Numbered from the stretch's first letter, positions 1 to 9,616 are shown. The stretch: DNA of 64,000 bases from an uncultured Clostridium sp. (GCA_900555615.1 USMB01000002.1:33230-97229), one strand, 5' to 3'. Notes: a model not told the origin generated them from the letters alone. A program made the numbers and translations.

Positions 1-85
1 AATGTAAAAGAAAATAGAAGAATTGAATGGATTTAAAGATTTGAGGATAGTTGATAATTTTTATTAAACATCAAGCTTTTTTCCA

Positions 86-943
86 ATGCCAACAACAGAA
101 ATAGGAACATTAATTGAATCAGGTCAAACAAATTTGGGGTCATATTCACTATGTTTTCCATATTACATAGCAGGAAAGGACTATTATGCAATGTTGCTTT
201 GCTGTAGAAATAGTTCAAATACAGCTAAAAATATATTAAGAACAGGAAAATGTACAATCAATTTTATAACAGATAAAAGAAAATATTTTAAAGAAGCGGT
301 AAGACTAGGATATCCAGGAGAAACAACTGAAGAAAAAATGAAAGATTGTATTTTCAATTTAGTTGATGGAAAAAGTGCAAGAGAAAATCCAAATGAACAA
401 TATCCAAAGATAGTTCAAGAAGCCTTCCAAGTATTTGAATGTACATGGGTTAGAGAATTAGACGGTGCGGAAAATGACAAAGTGCAAGATGAATATTTGC
501 CACCATACCATCAATTTAATGGAATAACAAGTCAATTTGGAGCACACTTTATATTAAAAGTGGACCATATCTTAATGAAACCTAAATATTATGATGCAAT
601 AATAAATGGTGTAAGTTCAAGTGTATTCCCACAAGTTCCAGTAGATTATGGATATCGTGATAATAAAAACTTCTGGTATACAAGATTTAAAAGACCAATT
701 TCAGAGCCAATTCCAGCAAGCAAAGGAATCAGCTTAGATACTGTAAAATATGCGGCATCAAGAATTGATCCAGATGTAAAGTTCACGGATGAGGCATGTG
801 CAAAATTGATAAAAGTTCCAAGAGTATTTTTGAGTACTGTATTAAAAGGCTGTGTTTCATGGGCAAAAGAAAATAATGTAACATTGATTACAGAAAAAGA
901 GATGGAAATGATTCAAGATAAGAGAAATAAAGAGAAAAAATAA
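86..943 (+). CDS. Flavin reductase-like (FMN-binding split-barrel) domain protein
   Basis: 285-aa ORF. Motif spacing matches the flavin-reductase-like fold (S..NT..NI..TG...INF segment, then DG..A..NP..P.I.EA..V.EC and GAHFIL.VDHIL segments). No clear Shine-Dalgarno upstream. Only one ATG lies between the upstream stop at 65-67 and the ORF. Confidence 0.5.
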   Translation: MPTTEIGTLIESGQTNLGSYSLCFPYYIAGKDYYAMLLCCRNSSNTAKNILRTGKCTINFITDKRKYFKEAVRLGYPGETTEEKMKDCIFNLVDGKSARENPNEQYPKIVQEAFQVFECTWVRELDGAENDKVQDEYLPPYHQFNGITSQFGAHFILKVDHILMKPKYYDAIINGVSSSVFPQVPVDYGYRDNKNFWYTRFKRPISEPIPASKGISLDTVKYAASRIDPDVKFTDEACAKLIKVPRVFLSTVLKGCVSWAKENNVTLITEKEMEMIQDKRNKEKK

Positions 944-957
944 ATAACATATGGGAT

Positions 958-2079
958 GTGGAAAAAATGAATTGTGAAATTCAAGAAAAATGTGGAGGAT
1001 GTGCATATGGAAAAATACCATATTCACAACAATTAAAAACAAAAACAGAATATGTAGAAAAGCAATTACAAAAATTAACTCAAAAGGTAAAAGTAAATTA
1101 TTGTATTGGAATGGAAAATCCGTACAATTACAGGAATAAGGGAAAATATGCTTTAAAAAATGGTAAAATGGGTTTCTTCGAAGAAGGAACTCATAAAATT
1201 GTATATGCCAAATGTGCAATACAAAATGAAAAAATAAATCAAGTCGCAGATTATATATTTGAACTTGTAAAAAAATATCATATTAGCATTTATAATGAAG
1301 ATTCAGGAAAAGGATTTTTAAGACATATTGTAATAAGATATGGATTTTATACAGATGAAATTATGGTTATATTTGTAACTACAGATGGGAAGATGTATAA
1401 AAAACAAGAAATTGTAAAAGATTTAACAACAAAGTTCAAAGAGATAAAATCAATTATTCAAAATATCAATATAAGAGAAACTAATGCAATATTAGGAAAC
1501 AAAAATTTCAAAATGTATGGCTCTGATTTTATAATGGACAAGTTAGGGGAGTTGAAAATAAAAATTTCGCCATTGTCTTTTTATCAAGTTAATCCTGTCC
1601 AGATGAAAAATTTATATGACACAGCAATTGATTTTGCTAAACTTACAGGAAATGAAGTGGTATATGATTTATATTCTGGAATTGGAACGATTTCTTTAAG
1701 TGTTGCATCAAAGGCGAAAAAAGTGTATGGAATAGAAATTGTTAAAGATGCTGTAATTGATGCAAGGGCAAATGCTAGGATGAACAATATTACAAATGCT
1801 TCTTTTATGGATGGAAAAGTTGAAGAATTGTTGCCTAAATTATGCAACAAGGAAAAGGCTGATGTAGTTTTTGTTGATCCACCTAGAAGCGGTTTGGATG
1901 CTAAAACAATTAAGACAATTCTTAAAGTTAAACCTAAGAAAGTAGTTTATATTAGTTGCAATCCTGATACTTTAGCTGATAATTTGATGTTGCTTGAAAA
2001 GGATTATGATATTAAGGTGGTTCAACCTGTTGATATGTTTCCGTTTACGCGGACATGTGGAATGTGTAGCTGTGTTTGA
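958..2079 (+). CDS. rlmD: 23S rRNA (uracil-C5)-methyltransferase, RlmD/RumA (TrmA) family
   Basis: 373 aa. N-terminal Cys cluster (CGGCAYG) for the Fe-S site. SAM methyltransferase motifs DLYSGIGTISL and VDPPRSGL. C-terminal catalytic region QPVDMFPFTRTCGMCS, typical of RumA/TrmA enzymes. Confidence 0.8.
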   Translation: MEKMNCEIQEKCGGCAYGKIPYSQQLKTKTEYVEKQLQKLTQKVKVNYCIGMENPYNYRNKGKYALKNGKMGFFEEGTHKIVYAKCAIQNEKINQVADYIFELVKKYHISIYNEDSGKGFLRHIVIRYGFYTDEIMVIFVTTDGKMYKKQEIVKDLTTKFKEIKSIIQNINIRETNAILGNKNFKMYGSDFIMDKLGELKIKISPLSFYQVNPVQMKNLYDTAIDFAKLTGNEVVYDLYSGIGTISLSVASKAKKVYGIEIVKDAVIDARANARMNNITNASFMDGKVEELLPKLCNKEKADVVFVDPPRSGLDAKTIKTILKVKPKKVVYISCNPDTLADNLMLLEKDYDIKVVQPVDMFPFTRTCGMCSCV

Positions 2080-2099
2080 TCTTAAGTAAAATATTGCTG

Positions 2100-2151
2100 A
2101 TTTGGGGTCGGTCCTTTTTTGAACATGTGAAAAAAAGGACCGACCCCAAAT
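2100..2151. repeat. Palindromic intergenic element, copy A (type 1); likely bidirectional rho-independent terminator
   Basis: Near-perfect inverted repeat atttggggtcggtcctttttt / aaaaaaaggaccgaccccaaat around a 9-nt loop. It lies between the convergent rlmD and the 2207-2740 gene, with a T-run on the + strand and an A-run (T-run on the - strand). Confidence 0.7.
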
Positions 2152-2206
2152 GCGCAAATGAACAATGAGAAAGCTGATAAGTTTACTAAACTTATCAGCT
2201 TTCTTA

Positions 2207-2740
2207 TTAGTAGTACTTTTCCTTGAAATGAGGCAATCCCCTTTCATCAATGAAAGCAGTAACAGATACATGTTCACATGTATAAGAAACTTCATGGACT
2301 TTAGTGGCCATCAAAATATAGCGAAGATAGTTCTTTGCAGCTAAAGGTAACTCTTCAGCAGTATCTTCATCAAAATCCCAACCACCAACAGAAACGATTG
2401 AGTAAACTGGTTTGCAACTTACTAAATCATTTTCTGGAACAATCCGAGTCATGTTTTGCTTATACTTATAAGTAGTGCAAGCAATAACATTGCCATAAAT
2501 TAATCCAGCTCTACCAATAACATCAAGGTTTTGGATAATCAGTTTCTTTACATTATTCTTCTTGATTAGAGAATTTAATAGAACTAAATCCATCCAACCA
2601 AAGTGTGATGCACTTCCATCATAGCCTTCATAGAATACTTGACCTAAAGAAGTCTCGATAGGAGTTTCAGTAGGAAAGTGATCGTCATCAACCCAAAAAG
2701 CAGGAAGAATCAAGGTTTCATTATTAACAGTGGTAATCAT
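2207..2740 (-). CDS. Hypothetical conserved protein (177 aa)
   Basis: Clean ORF with a strong RBS (AGGAGG 8 nt before the ATG at 2740). No family recognised from sequence. Confidence 0.5.
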   Translation of the reverse strand: MITTVNNETLILPAFWVDDDHFPTETPIETSLGQVFYEGYDGSASHFGWMDLVLLNSLIKKNNVKKLIIQNLDVIGRAGLIYGNVIACTTYKYKQNMTRIVPENDLVSCKPVYSIVSVGGWDFDEDTAEELPLAAKNYLRYILMATKVHEVSYTCEHVSVTAFIDERGLPHFKEKYY

Positions 2741-2835
2741 AAAGTTTTTCCTCCTCGTTTGTATAAATTATTATTACAACGAAAAAACAAAAATTCTACG
2801 AAATATTATACCACTATTTATAAAATAATGCAATA

Positions 2836-2880
2836 GGAAAACCAGCTGCTTCTAGTTTTAGAGCCAGCTGGTCTATTTTA
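2836..2880 (-). terminator. Rho-independent terminator downstream of serS
   Basis: 8-bp stem accagctg/cagctggt (2841-2848 / 2865-2872), followed on the minus strand by a TTTTCC run. Confidence 0.55.
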
Positions 2881-2892
2881 TAGCTACTATTT

Positions 2893-4179
2893 TTATTTAA
2901 CAGGAACTAATTTTTCTTTTCCACCCATGTAAGGTTGTAAAACTTTAGGAATTGTAACACTTCCATCTTCATTATAGTTACATTCAAGAAGAGCGATTAA
3001 AGCTCTAGGAGTAGCTAAAACAGTATTGTTTAAAGTATGTACAAATTTATTTCCTGTTTTTGATTTATATCTTATGCTTAATCTTCTAGCTTGTGCATCA
3101 CCTAATGTTGAGCAAGAGCAAACTTCGAAATATTTTTGTTGACGAGGGCTCCAAGCCTCAATGTCGCAAGATTTTACTTTCAAGTCAGCCATATCACCAC
3201 TGCAACAATCTAATTGTCTAACAGGAATGTCTAAACTTCTAAATAATTCAACAGATATTTTCCACATTTTATTGTACCATTCCATAGAATCTTCTGGTTT
3301 GCAAAGAACAATCATTTCTTGTTTTTCAAATTGATGAACTCTATATAAACCTCTTTCTTCAAGACCATGTGAACCAATTTCTTTTCTGAAACATGGAGAA
3401 TAAGAAGTTAGAGTAATAGGTAATTGAGCTTCATCAACGATTTGATCCTTGAATCTACCAATCATGCTATGTTCAGAAGTTCCAATTAAATATAAATCTT
3501 CACCTTCAATTTTATACATCATAGCTTCCATTTCATCAAAAGACATAACACCATCAACAACATTACTTCTAATCATGAAAGGTGGGATGCAGTAAGTGAA
3601 ACCATGTTCAATCATGAAATCACGAGCATATGCAAGCATAGCTTCATGTAATCTAGCAATATCTCCAACAAGATAATAGAAACCAACACCGCTTGTACGT
3701 CCAGCGCTTTCTTTGTCAAGACCATTAAATCTATCAATAATATCAGCATGATGAGGAATTTCGTAACTTGGAACAATAGGGTCTCCAAATCTTTGAACTT
3801 CAACATTTTCACTATCATCTTTTCCAATAGGAACAGAAGCATCAATTATATTAGGAATTTTCATCATTCTTACTTTGATTTCTTCAGAATATTTTTCTTC
3901 CAATTCTTCGTTTTCAGCAAGAGCATCATTTATTTTTTGAACCTCTTGTCTGATGCTTTCAGCTTCATCTTTTTTACCAGCTTTCATTAATTGACCAACT
4001 TGTTCGCTTAATTTTTTTCTATCAGCTCTAAGGTTGTCGCCATTCAATTTAGCTTCTCTATTTTTTTTGTCCAAATCTAAAACTTCATCAACCAAAACCA
4101 ATTTTTGATCTTGGAATTTTTTCTTAATATTTTCTTTTACTAAATCTGGATTTTCTCTAATTAACTTTATATCAATCAT
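2893..4179 (-). CDS. serS: Seryl-tRNA synthetase
   Basis: 428 aa. N-terminal coiled-coil arm. Class II aaRS core motifs (FRKE..S, GLYRVHQFEK.E, and the GDMADL/VHTLNNT region). Full-length colinear with bacterial SerS. Confidence 0.9.
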   Translation of the reverse strand: MIDIKLIRENPDLVKENIKKKFQDQKLVLVDEVLDLDKKNREAKLNGDNLRADRKKLSEQVGQLMKAGKKDEAESIRQEVQKINDALAENEELEEKYSEEIKVRMMKIPNIIDASVPIGKDDSENVEVQRFGDPIVPSYEIPHHADIIDRFNGLDKESAGRTSGVGFYYLVGDIARLHEAMLAYARDFMIEHGFTYCIPPFMIRSNVVDGVMSFDEMEAMMYKIEGEDLYLIGTSEHSMIGRFKDQIVDEAQLPITLTSYSPCFRKEIGSHGLEERGLYRVHQFEKQEMIVLCKPEDSMEWYNKMWKISVELFRSLDIPVRQLDCCSGDMADLKVKSCDIEAWSPRQQKYFEVCSCSTLGDAQARRLSIRYKSKTGNKFVHTLNNTVLATPRALIALLECNYNEDGSVTIPKVLQPYMGGKEKLVPVK

Positions 4180-4294
4180 TTTAATCGCCCTTTCTGTATT
4201 TTGATGTAGTAATTATACAATAAAATTCAAGAAATATCAATAAAAATTACATAATTTGTGAATAATAGAAGTAATTAGTTTGTGAGGTGGAAAT

Positions 4295-5182
4295 ATGAAA
4301 TTGTTATGGGAAATTGTTCAATTTTTATTTTATACAGGATTGATAGTAGTTATTTCTAAATATTTACTTTTTAGAACATTGCGAAGTCTAGCAGAAAATT
4401 TGAAGTTAAAACCAAAGACAGTAGGGGATATAGCAGGTGTTGCAACCTCTGTACCAGAACTCTTAACCATTAGTGCATCAAGCCTAAGTGGGTTGAACAC
4501 AGCTGGTATTTATAACATAATAAGTTCAAATGTAATTAATTTAATTCAATATTTTGCTGCGATTTTATTAAATAAAAATCAAAAAATTTTTAGAAATAAA
4601 GCCATTTTTATAGATGTAATTCTTGTTGTTATCACAATTATTTTGCCAATACTTATTGTCTGGAGCGGAGTAGAAGTAGACTTGAAAATGTTGCCAATAC
4701 TGCTTTTGTTGTATATCGGATTTGTGCGAATAGACAGAAATGTGCATAAATTGTATTTGAAAGATGCAGAGGAGACGAATGATGTTGAGGATGTGAAATA
4801 TGTGGGTGATGTGAAAAAGACGAAACATGAGAATAAAGAATGGCAAAAGGGAAGTCAAGTAGATAAAAAAACTGTAGCTAAAAATATTTGTATATTAATA
4901 ATTACAGCAGTATTGCTATTTTTCATTGGAGAATTGTTAGGAAATACCCTAGAAAATTTGTGTAGAAAATTTAATGTTCCAGAACTAATGATAGGAATCA
5001 TATTGGGGTTTGCTACAAGTATACCAGAATTGATAACATTCTTTGAAGCGCAAAAACATCATTCAAAAGAACAAAACAATATTCATGGAGTTGTTGAGGC
5101 TACAAATAATTTGCTTACATCAAATATGATGAATTTATTTATTATTCAATCTATTGGAATATTAATAGCAAGTTTTGCATAA
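4295..5182 (+). CDS. Ca2+/cation antiporter (CaCA family, YrbG-like) membrane protein
   Basis: 295 aa and multi-TM. Two alpha-repeat motifs typical of Na+/Ca2+ exchangers (GDIAGVATSVPEL and GFATSIPELIT). RBS GAGGTGG present. Confidence 0.65.
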   Translation: MKLLWEIVQFLFYTGLIVVISKYLLFRTLRSLAENLKLKPKTVGDIAGVATSVPELLTISASSLSGLNTAGIYNIISSNVINLIQYFAAILLNKNQKIFRNKAIFIDVILVVITIILPILIVWSGVEVDLKMLPILLLLYIGFVRIDRNVHKLYLKDAEETNDVEDVKYVGDVKKTKHENKEWQKGSQVDKKTVAKNICILIITAVLLFFIGELLGNTLENLCRKFNVPELMIGIILGFATSIPELITFFEAQKHHSKEQNNIHGVVEATNNLLTSNMMNLFIIQSIGILIASFA

Positions 5183-5183
5183 A

Positions 5184-5216
5184 ATGTGAAAAAAAGGACC
5201 GACCCCAAATTCGCAA
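5184..5216. repeat. Half copy (right arm only) of the type 1 palindromic element, copy B
   Basis: atgtgaaaaaaaggaccgaccccaaattcgcaaagg matches 32 of 33 nt of the right arm and flank of copy A (2124-2158). There is no left arm upstream. Confidence 0.5.
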
Positions 5217-5228
5217 AGGAGGAAGAAA

Positions 5229-5516
5229 ATGCAAGAAGAATATTTAATCGAAAAGATGATAAAAGGGAAGAATGACAAGGAAAAAGAGTTAGAATTAATG
5301 AGAAGCATAATTGAGACAAAAGAACTATTAAAAGTTGCAAGATGCAATTTTGAATACGCAGAAGATGAGCTGATTGATTATTATACTTATCAAATAAAAG
5401 CACATCAATCTAAGTTGGATTATCTTATTAAAATTGCGAAAAGAAAAGGAATTGTGCTTAGTAGAATTAATGAACTAATGGCGAGATTATATAGAAATAA
5501 TAATAATGTGGTATAG
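5229..5516 (+). CDS. yaaL: YaaL-like (DUF2508) small protein
   Basis: 95 aa. Strong RBS AAAGGAGG. DUF2508-like ID..Y..Q.KA.Q.K.DYLIK motif. The position immediately upstream of bofA mirrors the B. subtilis yaaL-bofA order. Confidence 0.45.
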   Translation: MQEEYLIEKMIKGKNDKEKELELMRSIIETKELLKVARCNFEYAEDELIDYYTYQIKAHQSKLDYLIKIAKRKGIVLSRINELMARLYRNNNNVV

Positions 5517-5529
5517 AAAAGATTAAAGA

Positions 5530-5557
5530 ATATTTGTCCGATGTTCAACATACAAAT
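5530..5557 (+). promoter_or_regulatory. Putative sigma-E-type promoter upstream of bofA
   Basis: ATATT(5530-5534), 14-nt spacer, CATACAAA(5549-5556). This matches the Bacillus sigma-E consensus (ATATT -14- CATACA-T). B. subtilis bofA is sigma-E dependent. Confidence 0.4.
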
Positions 5558-5639
5558 TATAATAAATGCTTAGATAGTCTAAAGGATAGGTTAAGAGATC
5601 GTTTAAGTTTATTAATTTGTTGATGTTGAGGTGAATGCA

Positions 5640-5909
5640 ATGGATGTTAATATGAGTATTCTTGTAATAATTTCTTGTATATGCATATTGTTTGTAATTG
5701 GAAGGATTTTTATTGTTCCTATTAAATTGATAGCAAAATTAATTTTAAATTCGATATTAGGTGGAGTTCTTATATGGATAATTAATTTGATAGGCGGAAT
5801 ATGGAGTTTTCATATAGGATTGAATTTATTGACTTCAATTTTAGTTGGAATATTAGGTGTTCCAGGTGCTTTACTTCTTATATTCATAAGGTTGATGGTT
5901 GGAGTTTAA
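5640..5909 (+). CDS. bofA: Pro-sigma-K processing inhibitor BofA
   Basis: Two TM helices and a GILGVPGALL motif matching the BofA GILGIPG signature. ~85-90 aa. The start is ambiguous between ATGs at 5631, 5640 and 5652; GAGGTGA at 5622-5628 favours 5640. Confidence 0.7.
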   Translation: MDVNMSILVIISCICILFVIGRIFIVPIKLIAKLILNSILGGVLIWIINLIGGIWSFHIGLNLLTSILVGILGVPGALLLIFIRLMVGV

Positions 5910-5995
5910 ACAAGTAGTTAAAATTCTAATAATTCACATATTTATTTTATATAGAAAAATCACCCATTAGGTAAGTCTTATTACACAATAAAAAA

Positions 5996-6039
5996 GCAAG
6001 GGGTAACAACTTAATGTTACCTCTTGTTATACCCCTTGC
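5996..6039. terminator. Long hairpin, likely terminator for the minus-strand 6078-6338 gene (weakly bidirectional)
   Basis: gcaagggg...ccccttgc outer stem with nested taacaa/ttgtta. On the minus strand it is followed by TTTTTTATT. On the plus strand it is preceded by an A-run. A second small hairpin gcagcggttaggctgc+TTTT at 6048-6075 may terminate bofA. Confidence 0.55.
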
Positions 6040-6077
6040 TTGCGAGGATGGTGCAGCGGTTAGGCTGCTTTTAATCA

Positions 6078-6338
6078 TTACCAGTCAACCCTGTTAAAAT
6101 ACAGGATTTCCTCTAATTTCTGACAAGCGTCATCGAAAATGACTATATCCGCCTTGCCAGGAAACTGTTTCAGGAAAGTTCTTTCAAACTCCCCACGATA
6201 CTTCAGATTAGGACCGTAAAGTCTAACCATAGGTATAACTTTTTCTTCCCCTGTTTCCAAGTTACGGATAACAAAGTCAGAAGAGTTCGTTTTCAACCGG
6301 ACGGAAATTGCCTTTTTGGCGCTAATCATAGTAATCAT
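6078..6338 (-). CDS. Hypothetical small protein (86 aa)
   Basis: Good RBS (GGAGGT 7 nt before the ATG). Followed by a terminator. No family recognised with confidence. Confidence 0.5.
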   Translation of the reverse strand: MITMISAKKAISVRLKTNSSDFVIRNLETGEEKVIPMVRLYGPNLKYRGEFERTFLKQFPGKADIVIFDDACQKLEEILYFNRVDW

Positions 6339-6403
6339 ATAGACTACCTCCTCTAAAATTAAGATACTTCTATTATACTACAAAATTCGACAAAATGCAA
6401 ATA

Positions 6404-8932
6404 TTAAATAATTTTGTTGAAATTTCCATTTGTGAATTCTTGACCTTCTAATTTTTTGCCAGTTTTTACTGTGTCAATTATATTATTTATTTCAGATATT
6501 GATTCATCTAAAATGTCGATTCTGACTGAATTTACACAGATTTCATCATGTTCGATAGATGTGATTTTACTATTGTAGATTGTGGTAACAGTGTCAACAT
6601 TGTCAGGGATAACTCTAAACAAAAATCCAAGTCTATCTTTTAAATAGAATTTATTTGTTGAATTACATAGGTGAGGACAAGCTGAATAGCATTTATTTGA
6701 CTTTCCAAGCAAACAGTAATTAGAATTCATTAATGGGGTTCTTCCATAAACAATCAATTCTGTTGAGCAAGATGTTCTGGCAAATGTTTGTAGATCTGAT
6801 TTGTTTAACTCTGGAGAAAGTGTCACGGTGTTTTTAGAAGAGTCAGCTAATTCTGCAATTGTCAAATTGTTGAAAACATTTAATGTATAGTTATAAATAA
6901 ATTCATATTTGTCTTTATAATTTTTTAATAGTTCGAGATTGCCTATATTTGAAAGCACAAATCCTTTGATTTTATACTGTTCAAGTATGGTTGACAAATT
7001 GTTTGCAATTATTTTGTGATAATTATTTCTCATAATTGTTGGCATATAAATATAAGTTTCAAAATTTTCAGTTAATTCAGCCATAACATTCTTGAAATCT
7101 TTAAGTACGAAATATTTTAGTGGAATATAGACTTTGTCGATTCCGTGCAATTGAGTGTAATCAAAATTTGGGCTTAAGATGTTAAGCAATACACTGATTT
7201 TTTTATTTGTGTTAGAATTTTTTGCAGGATTTATGTCCAATCTAGGTAATTTCAAATTTCTTCTAAAAGATTGCACAAGCAAAGCTTCGTATTGAGCTAA
7301 AGCATGACGTCTAAGCTCGTTGATTGCACTGATTCCTTGAATATATAGACCATCATCCAAATCAATTTCAATATTTTCAAAATGAAATGGAGTATTGTTA
7401 GTCTTAGAAAGTTGAGCAGCTAGACGCTCTTGAGTTATAGGTGCATTTATAGCCTCAACAGGAATTATGTCAGAAGTTATTTTTACTTCATGTGAATTAA
7501 AATCTGAAACATAAAGTTCAACAGGCTGATTTCGCTTAACTATCATCTTACAATTTAAATTTATTTTACGATTTTCTTTATTTAAGGTTTCAAGGGCAGA
7601 AGTGGTAAGCAATTTATCAGCAATTTTGTAGATTTTATCACCAACAGAAATGTTGCCTTTCATTCTACCAATCTTGATTTTGTCGCCACATGTGGCTTGT
7701 AGCACATTTTTATCTTGAATCATCAACTCAGAAATTGTATATGTTGAAGTTTCATGCTTTTTATTTTCTACACTAATTTTGTCGCCAACTCTTACAGTTA
7801 CATCTGAATCTCTTGAAACAGTAAGAGAAATGTGACCTTTGTTATTGTTAAAATTAGAAATAGTGCCTAAATAAATTCCCATATTATTAGATTTATTTTT
7901 ATATATTAAATTTTTATTTGGAGTACTTTCTAGGTGACCACTAGAAAATCCACCACGGTTGAATACTTGTAAAAGTTCAGTTTTGTCCTGAGGATTTATT
8001 TTGTACTCAGACCTATTAGCTTGAGCTAAGTCTAGGTATTTTCTATAAATTCTTGTTACAGTTGCAACATATTCAGGCGTTTTCATTCTGCCTTCAATTT
8101 TTAGGCAAGTTACGCCAGCATCAACTAATTCAGGTAAATAATCTAATCCACATAAATCACGAGGACTTAAAAGATATCCTTTATCAAGTGAAGTTAAACT
8201 TTCAGAAGATGCTGAGCTTAGATTAGCAGAAGTTAAATTTGCTAAATGCGTTGTAAGTGATATGCCTTGTGAGGCTGAATCTGTTGAGGTTGTTGAGCCT
8301 TGTTGATTTGAAGTTGTTGAACTGCAAGAAAGTAATTCATATGGAAGACGACAAGGTTGAGCACATTTGCCACGATTACCAGAACGTCCTCCAATCATGC
8401 TTGAAAATAAGCATTGGCCAGAATATGAAATACATAAAGCACCATGTGCGAAAACTTCAATTTCTACATTAGAATTCTTACAAATATGTTCAATTTCTTG
8501 CAAAGAAAGTTCACGAGAAAGAACAACACGAGAAAAGCCAAGCTTTTGTAATTCAAGAACTCCTTCAAGATTATGTACAGACATCTGTGTGCTTGCATGA
8601 ACAGCAAGTCCAGGAAAATTCTTAATTAAATAACGTGCAAGACCCAAATCTTGAACAATTATTGCATCAATTCCGTATTCATAAGCTTTTTTTGCTAATT
8701 CAATAGCATCATTAATCTCATCATTTTTTATTAAAGTATTTAAAGTAAGATTTGTTTTTACACCACGAAGTTTGGCGTAAGATATTGCTTTTTCTAAAGC
8801 AGAATCATCAAAATTAGAAGCAAAAGCTCTTGCACTAAAAGAACTTGCTCCAAAATATACAGCATCAGCTCCATTTTGAACTGCTGCTTTTAAACATTCG
8901 AAATCACCAACTGGTGAAAGTAACTCTATCAT
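6404..8932 (-). CDS. U32 family peptidase (collagenase-like) with C-terminal DUF3656-like extension
   Basis: The true start is MIELLSPVGDF, with AGGAG 7 nt upstream (ATG at 8932). The ORF-track start at 9010 lacks an RBS. Carries U32 signatures (E.L..P.G, ..AGADAVY.G, CAQPCR). A ~45-aa S/T-rich low-complexity insert follows the CAQPCR motif. Confidence 0.8.
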   Translation of the reverse strand: MIELLSPVGDFECLKAAVQNGADAVYFGASSFSARAFASNFDDSALEKAISYAKLRGVKTNLTLNTLIKNDEINDAIELAKKAYEYGIDAIIVQDLGLARYLIKNFPGLAVHASTQMSVHNLEGVLELQKLGFSRVVLSRELSLQEIEHICKNSNVEIEVFAHGALCISYSGQCLFSSMIGGRSGNRGKCAQPCRLPYELLSCSSTTSNQQGSTTSTDSASQGISLTTHLANLTSANLSSASSESLTSLDKGYLLSPRDLCGLDYLPELVDAGVTCLKIEGRMKTPEYVATVTRIYRKYLDLAQANRSEYKINPQDKTELLQVFNRGGFSSGHLESTPNKNLIYKNKSNNMGIYLGTISNFNNNKGHISLTVSRDSDVTVRVGDKISVENKKHETSTYTISELMIQDKNVLQATCGDKIKIGRMKGNISVGDKIYKIADKLLTTSALETLNKENRKINLNCKMIVKRNQPVELYVSDFNSHEVKITSDIIPVEAINAPITQERLAAQLSKTNNTPFHFENIEIDLDDGLYIQGISAINELRRHALAQYEALLVQSFRRNLKLPRLDINPAKNSNTNKKISVLLNILSPNFDYTQLHGIDKVYIPLKYFVLKDFKNVMAELTENFETYIYMPTIMRNNYHKIIANNLSTILEQYKIKGFVLSNIGNLELLKNYKDKYEFIYNYTLNVFNNLTIAELADSSKNTVTLSPELNKSDLQTFARTSCSTELIVYGRTPLMNSNYCLLGKSNKCYSACPHLCNSTNKFYLKDRLGFLFRVIPDNVDTVTTIYNSKITSIEHDEICVNSVRIDILDESISEINNIIDTVKTGKKLEGQEFTNGNFNKII

Positions 8933-8967
8933 AAATTTGCTCCTTTTATTAAAAAAATCTCCGGTAC

Positions 8968-9005
8968 AAAATTGACAAGGTGTCAAAAAACACCGACCCC
9001 AAATT
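8968..9005. repeat. Partial palindromic element, copy C (type 2: ttgacaNNNtgtcaa core plus right arm)
   Basis: aaaattgacaaggtgtcaaaaaacaccgaccccaaatt. About 90% identical to copy E (15682-15720). Lies in the 5' leader of the U32 peptidase gene. Confidence 0.5.
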
Positions 9006-9058
9006 AGCATAATTATATCATAAAAATTTCAAAAAATATATAAAAAATAGGAATATAA

Positions 9059-9087
9059 TTGACAATTTAACATAAAAATGGTATTAT
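9059..9087 (+). promoter_or_regulatory. Sigma-A-type promoter for the 9168 gene
   Basis: TTGACA(9059-9064), 17-nt spacer, TATTAT(9082-9087). The palindromic AATTGACAATT also reads TTGTCA-17-TATATA on the minus strand toward the U32 peptidase gene. Confidence 0.5.
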
Positions 9088-9167
9088 ATAAGAATGCATA
9101 AGAAATGCACGAGGTAAAAGTTAAACTGTTAGAAAACTAGGAAAAGCAACTTAAGGAGGAAAACATT

Positions 9168-9554
9168 ATGATTAGTTTTGTATGGTTGATAGTAATAGGG
9201 ATAATTTTTTTATGTGAGATTATTTTAATTAATGATCTAGAAAAGCCCAATAGTATTGTAAGAAAAATTTACAATCGGATAGAATATCTATGTGATCCAC
9301 AAAAATATGTAGCGTATGCTTTAAAGAAGAATACGCTTGCATGGAAAAAGATTGAGGATATCGAAAATCTGCAAAAAGCAATTTCAATTGATTTAGAAGA
9401 AAATGAAGATAATTTAGTTGTTTCTCATAATTTGATTGAAATTGGGTATGAAAAATATTGGAAACTATATCTCTTCATGGAAGAAAAAAAGAACGTACAG
9501 ATTATGTACGTGAAATATGATGCACTGTGCCTCATGAACCCCTATAAAGTTTAA
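9168..9554 (+). CDS. Hypothetical small membrane-anchored protein (128 aa)
   Basis: RBS AAGGAGGA. N-terminal TM helix. Followed by a terminator. Confidence 0.55.
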   Translation: MISFVWLIVIGIIFLCEIILINDLEKPNSIVRKIYNRIEYLCDPQKYVAYALKKNTLAWKKIEDIENLQKAISIDLEENEDNLVVSHNLIEIGYEKYWKLYLFMEEKKNVQIMYVKYDALCLMNPYKV

Positions 9555-9586
9555 CTTACTGATAGCATTGCTGTTAGTAGACAAAG

Positions 9587-9616
9587 AAATCTAGTTTTTC
9601 AACTAGATTTTTTTGT
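9587..9616 (+). terminator. Rho-independent terminator
   Basis: aaatctagtt/aactagattt 10-bp stem, 4-nt loop, then TTTTTTTG. Confidence 0.65.

Noticed and set aside
1972-2295. ORF 1972-2295 (-) and other short ORFs overlapping rlmD, serS, murC, the cohesin gene and the spoVID-like gene (857-1219, 1584-1850, 3612-3845, 3748-3990, 4568-4858, 11746-12527, 14322-14504, 15744-16265, 16609-17045)
   Set aside because: They overlap well-supported genes in other frames or strands, lack RBSs, and several span the palindromic terminator.
4180-4294. Possible T-box riboswitch leader upstream of serS
   Set aside because: Only ~115 nt separate the serS start from the divergent antiporter gene. That is too short for a T-box leader, which needs 200-300 nt, and no specifier or T-box consensus was seen.
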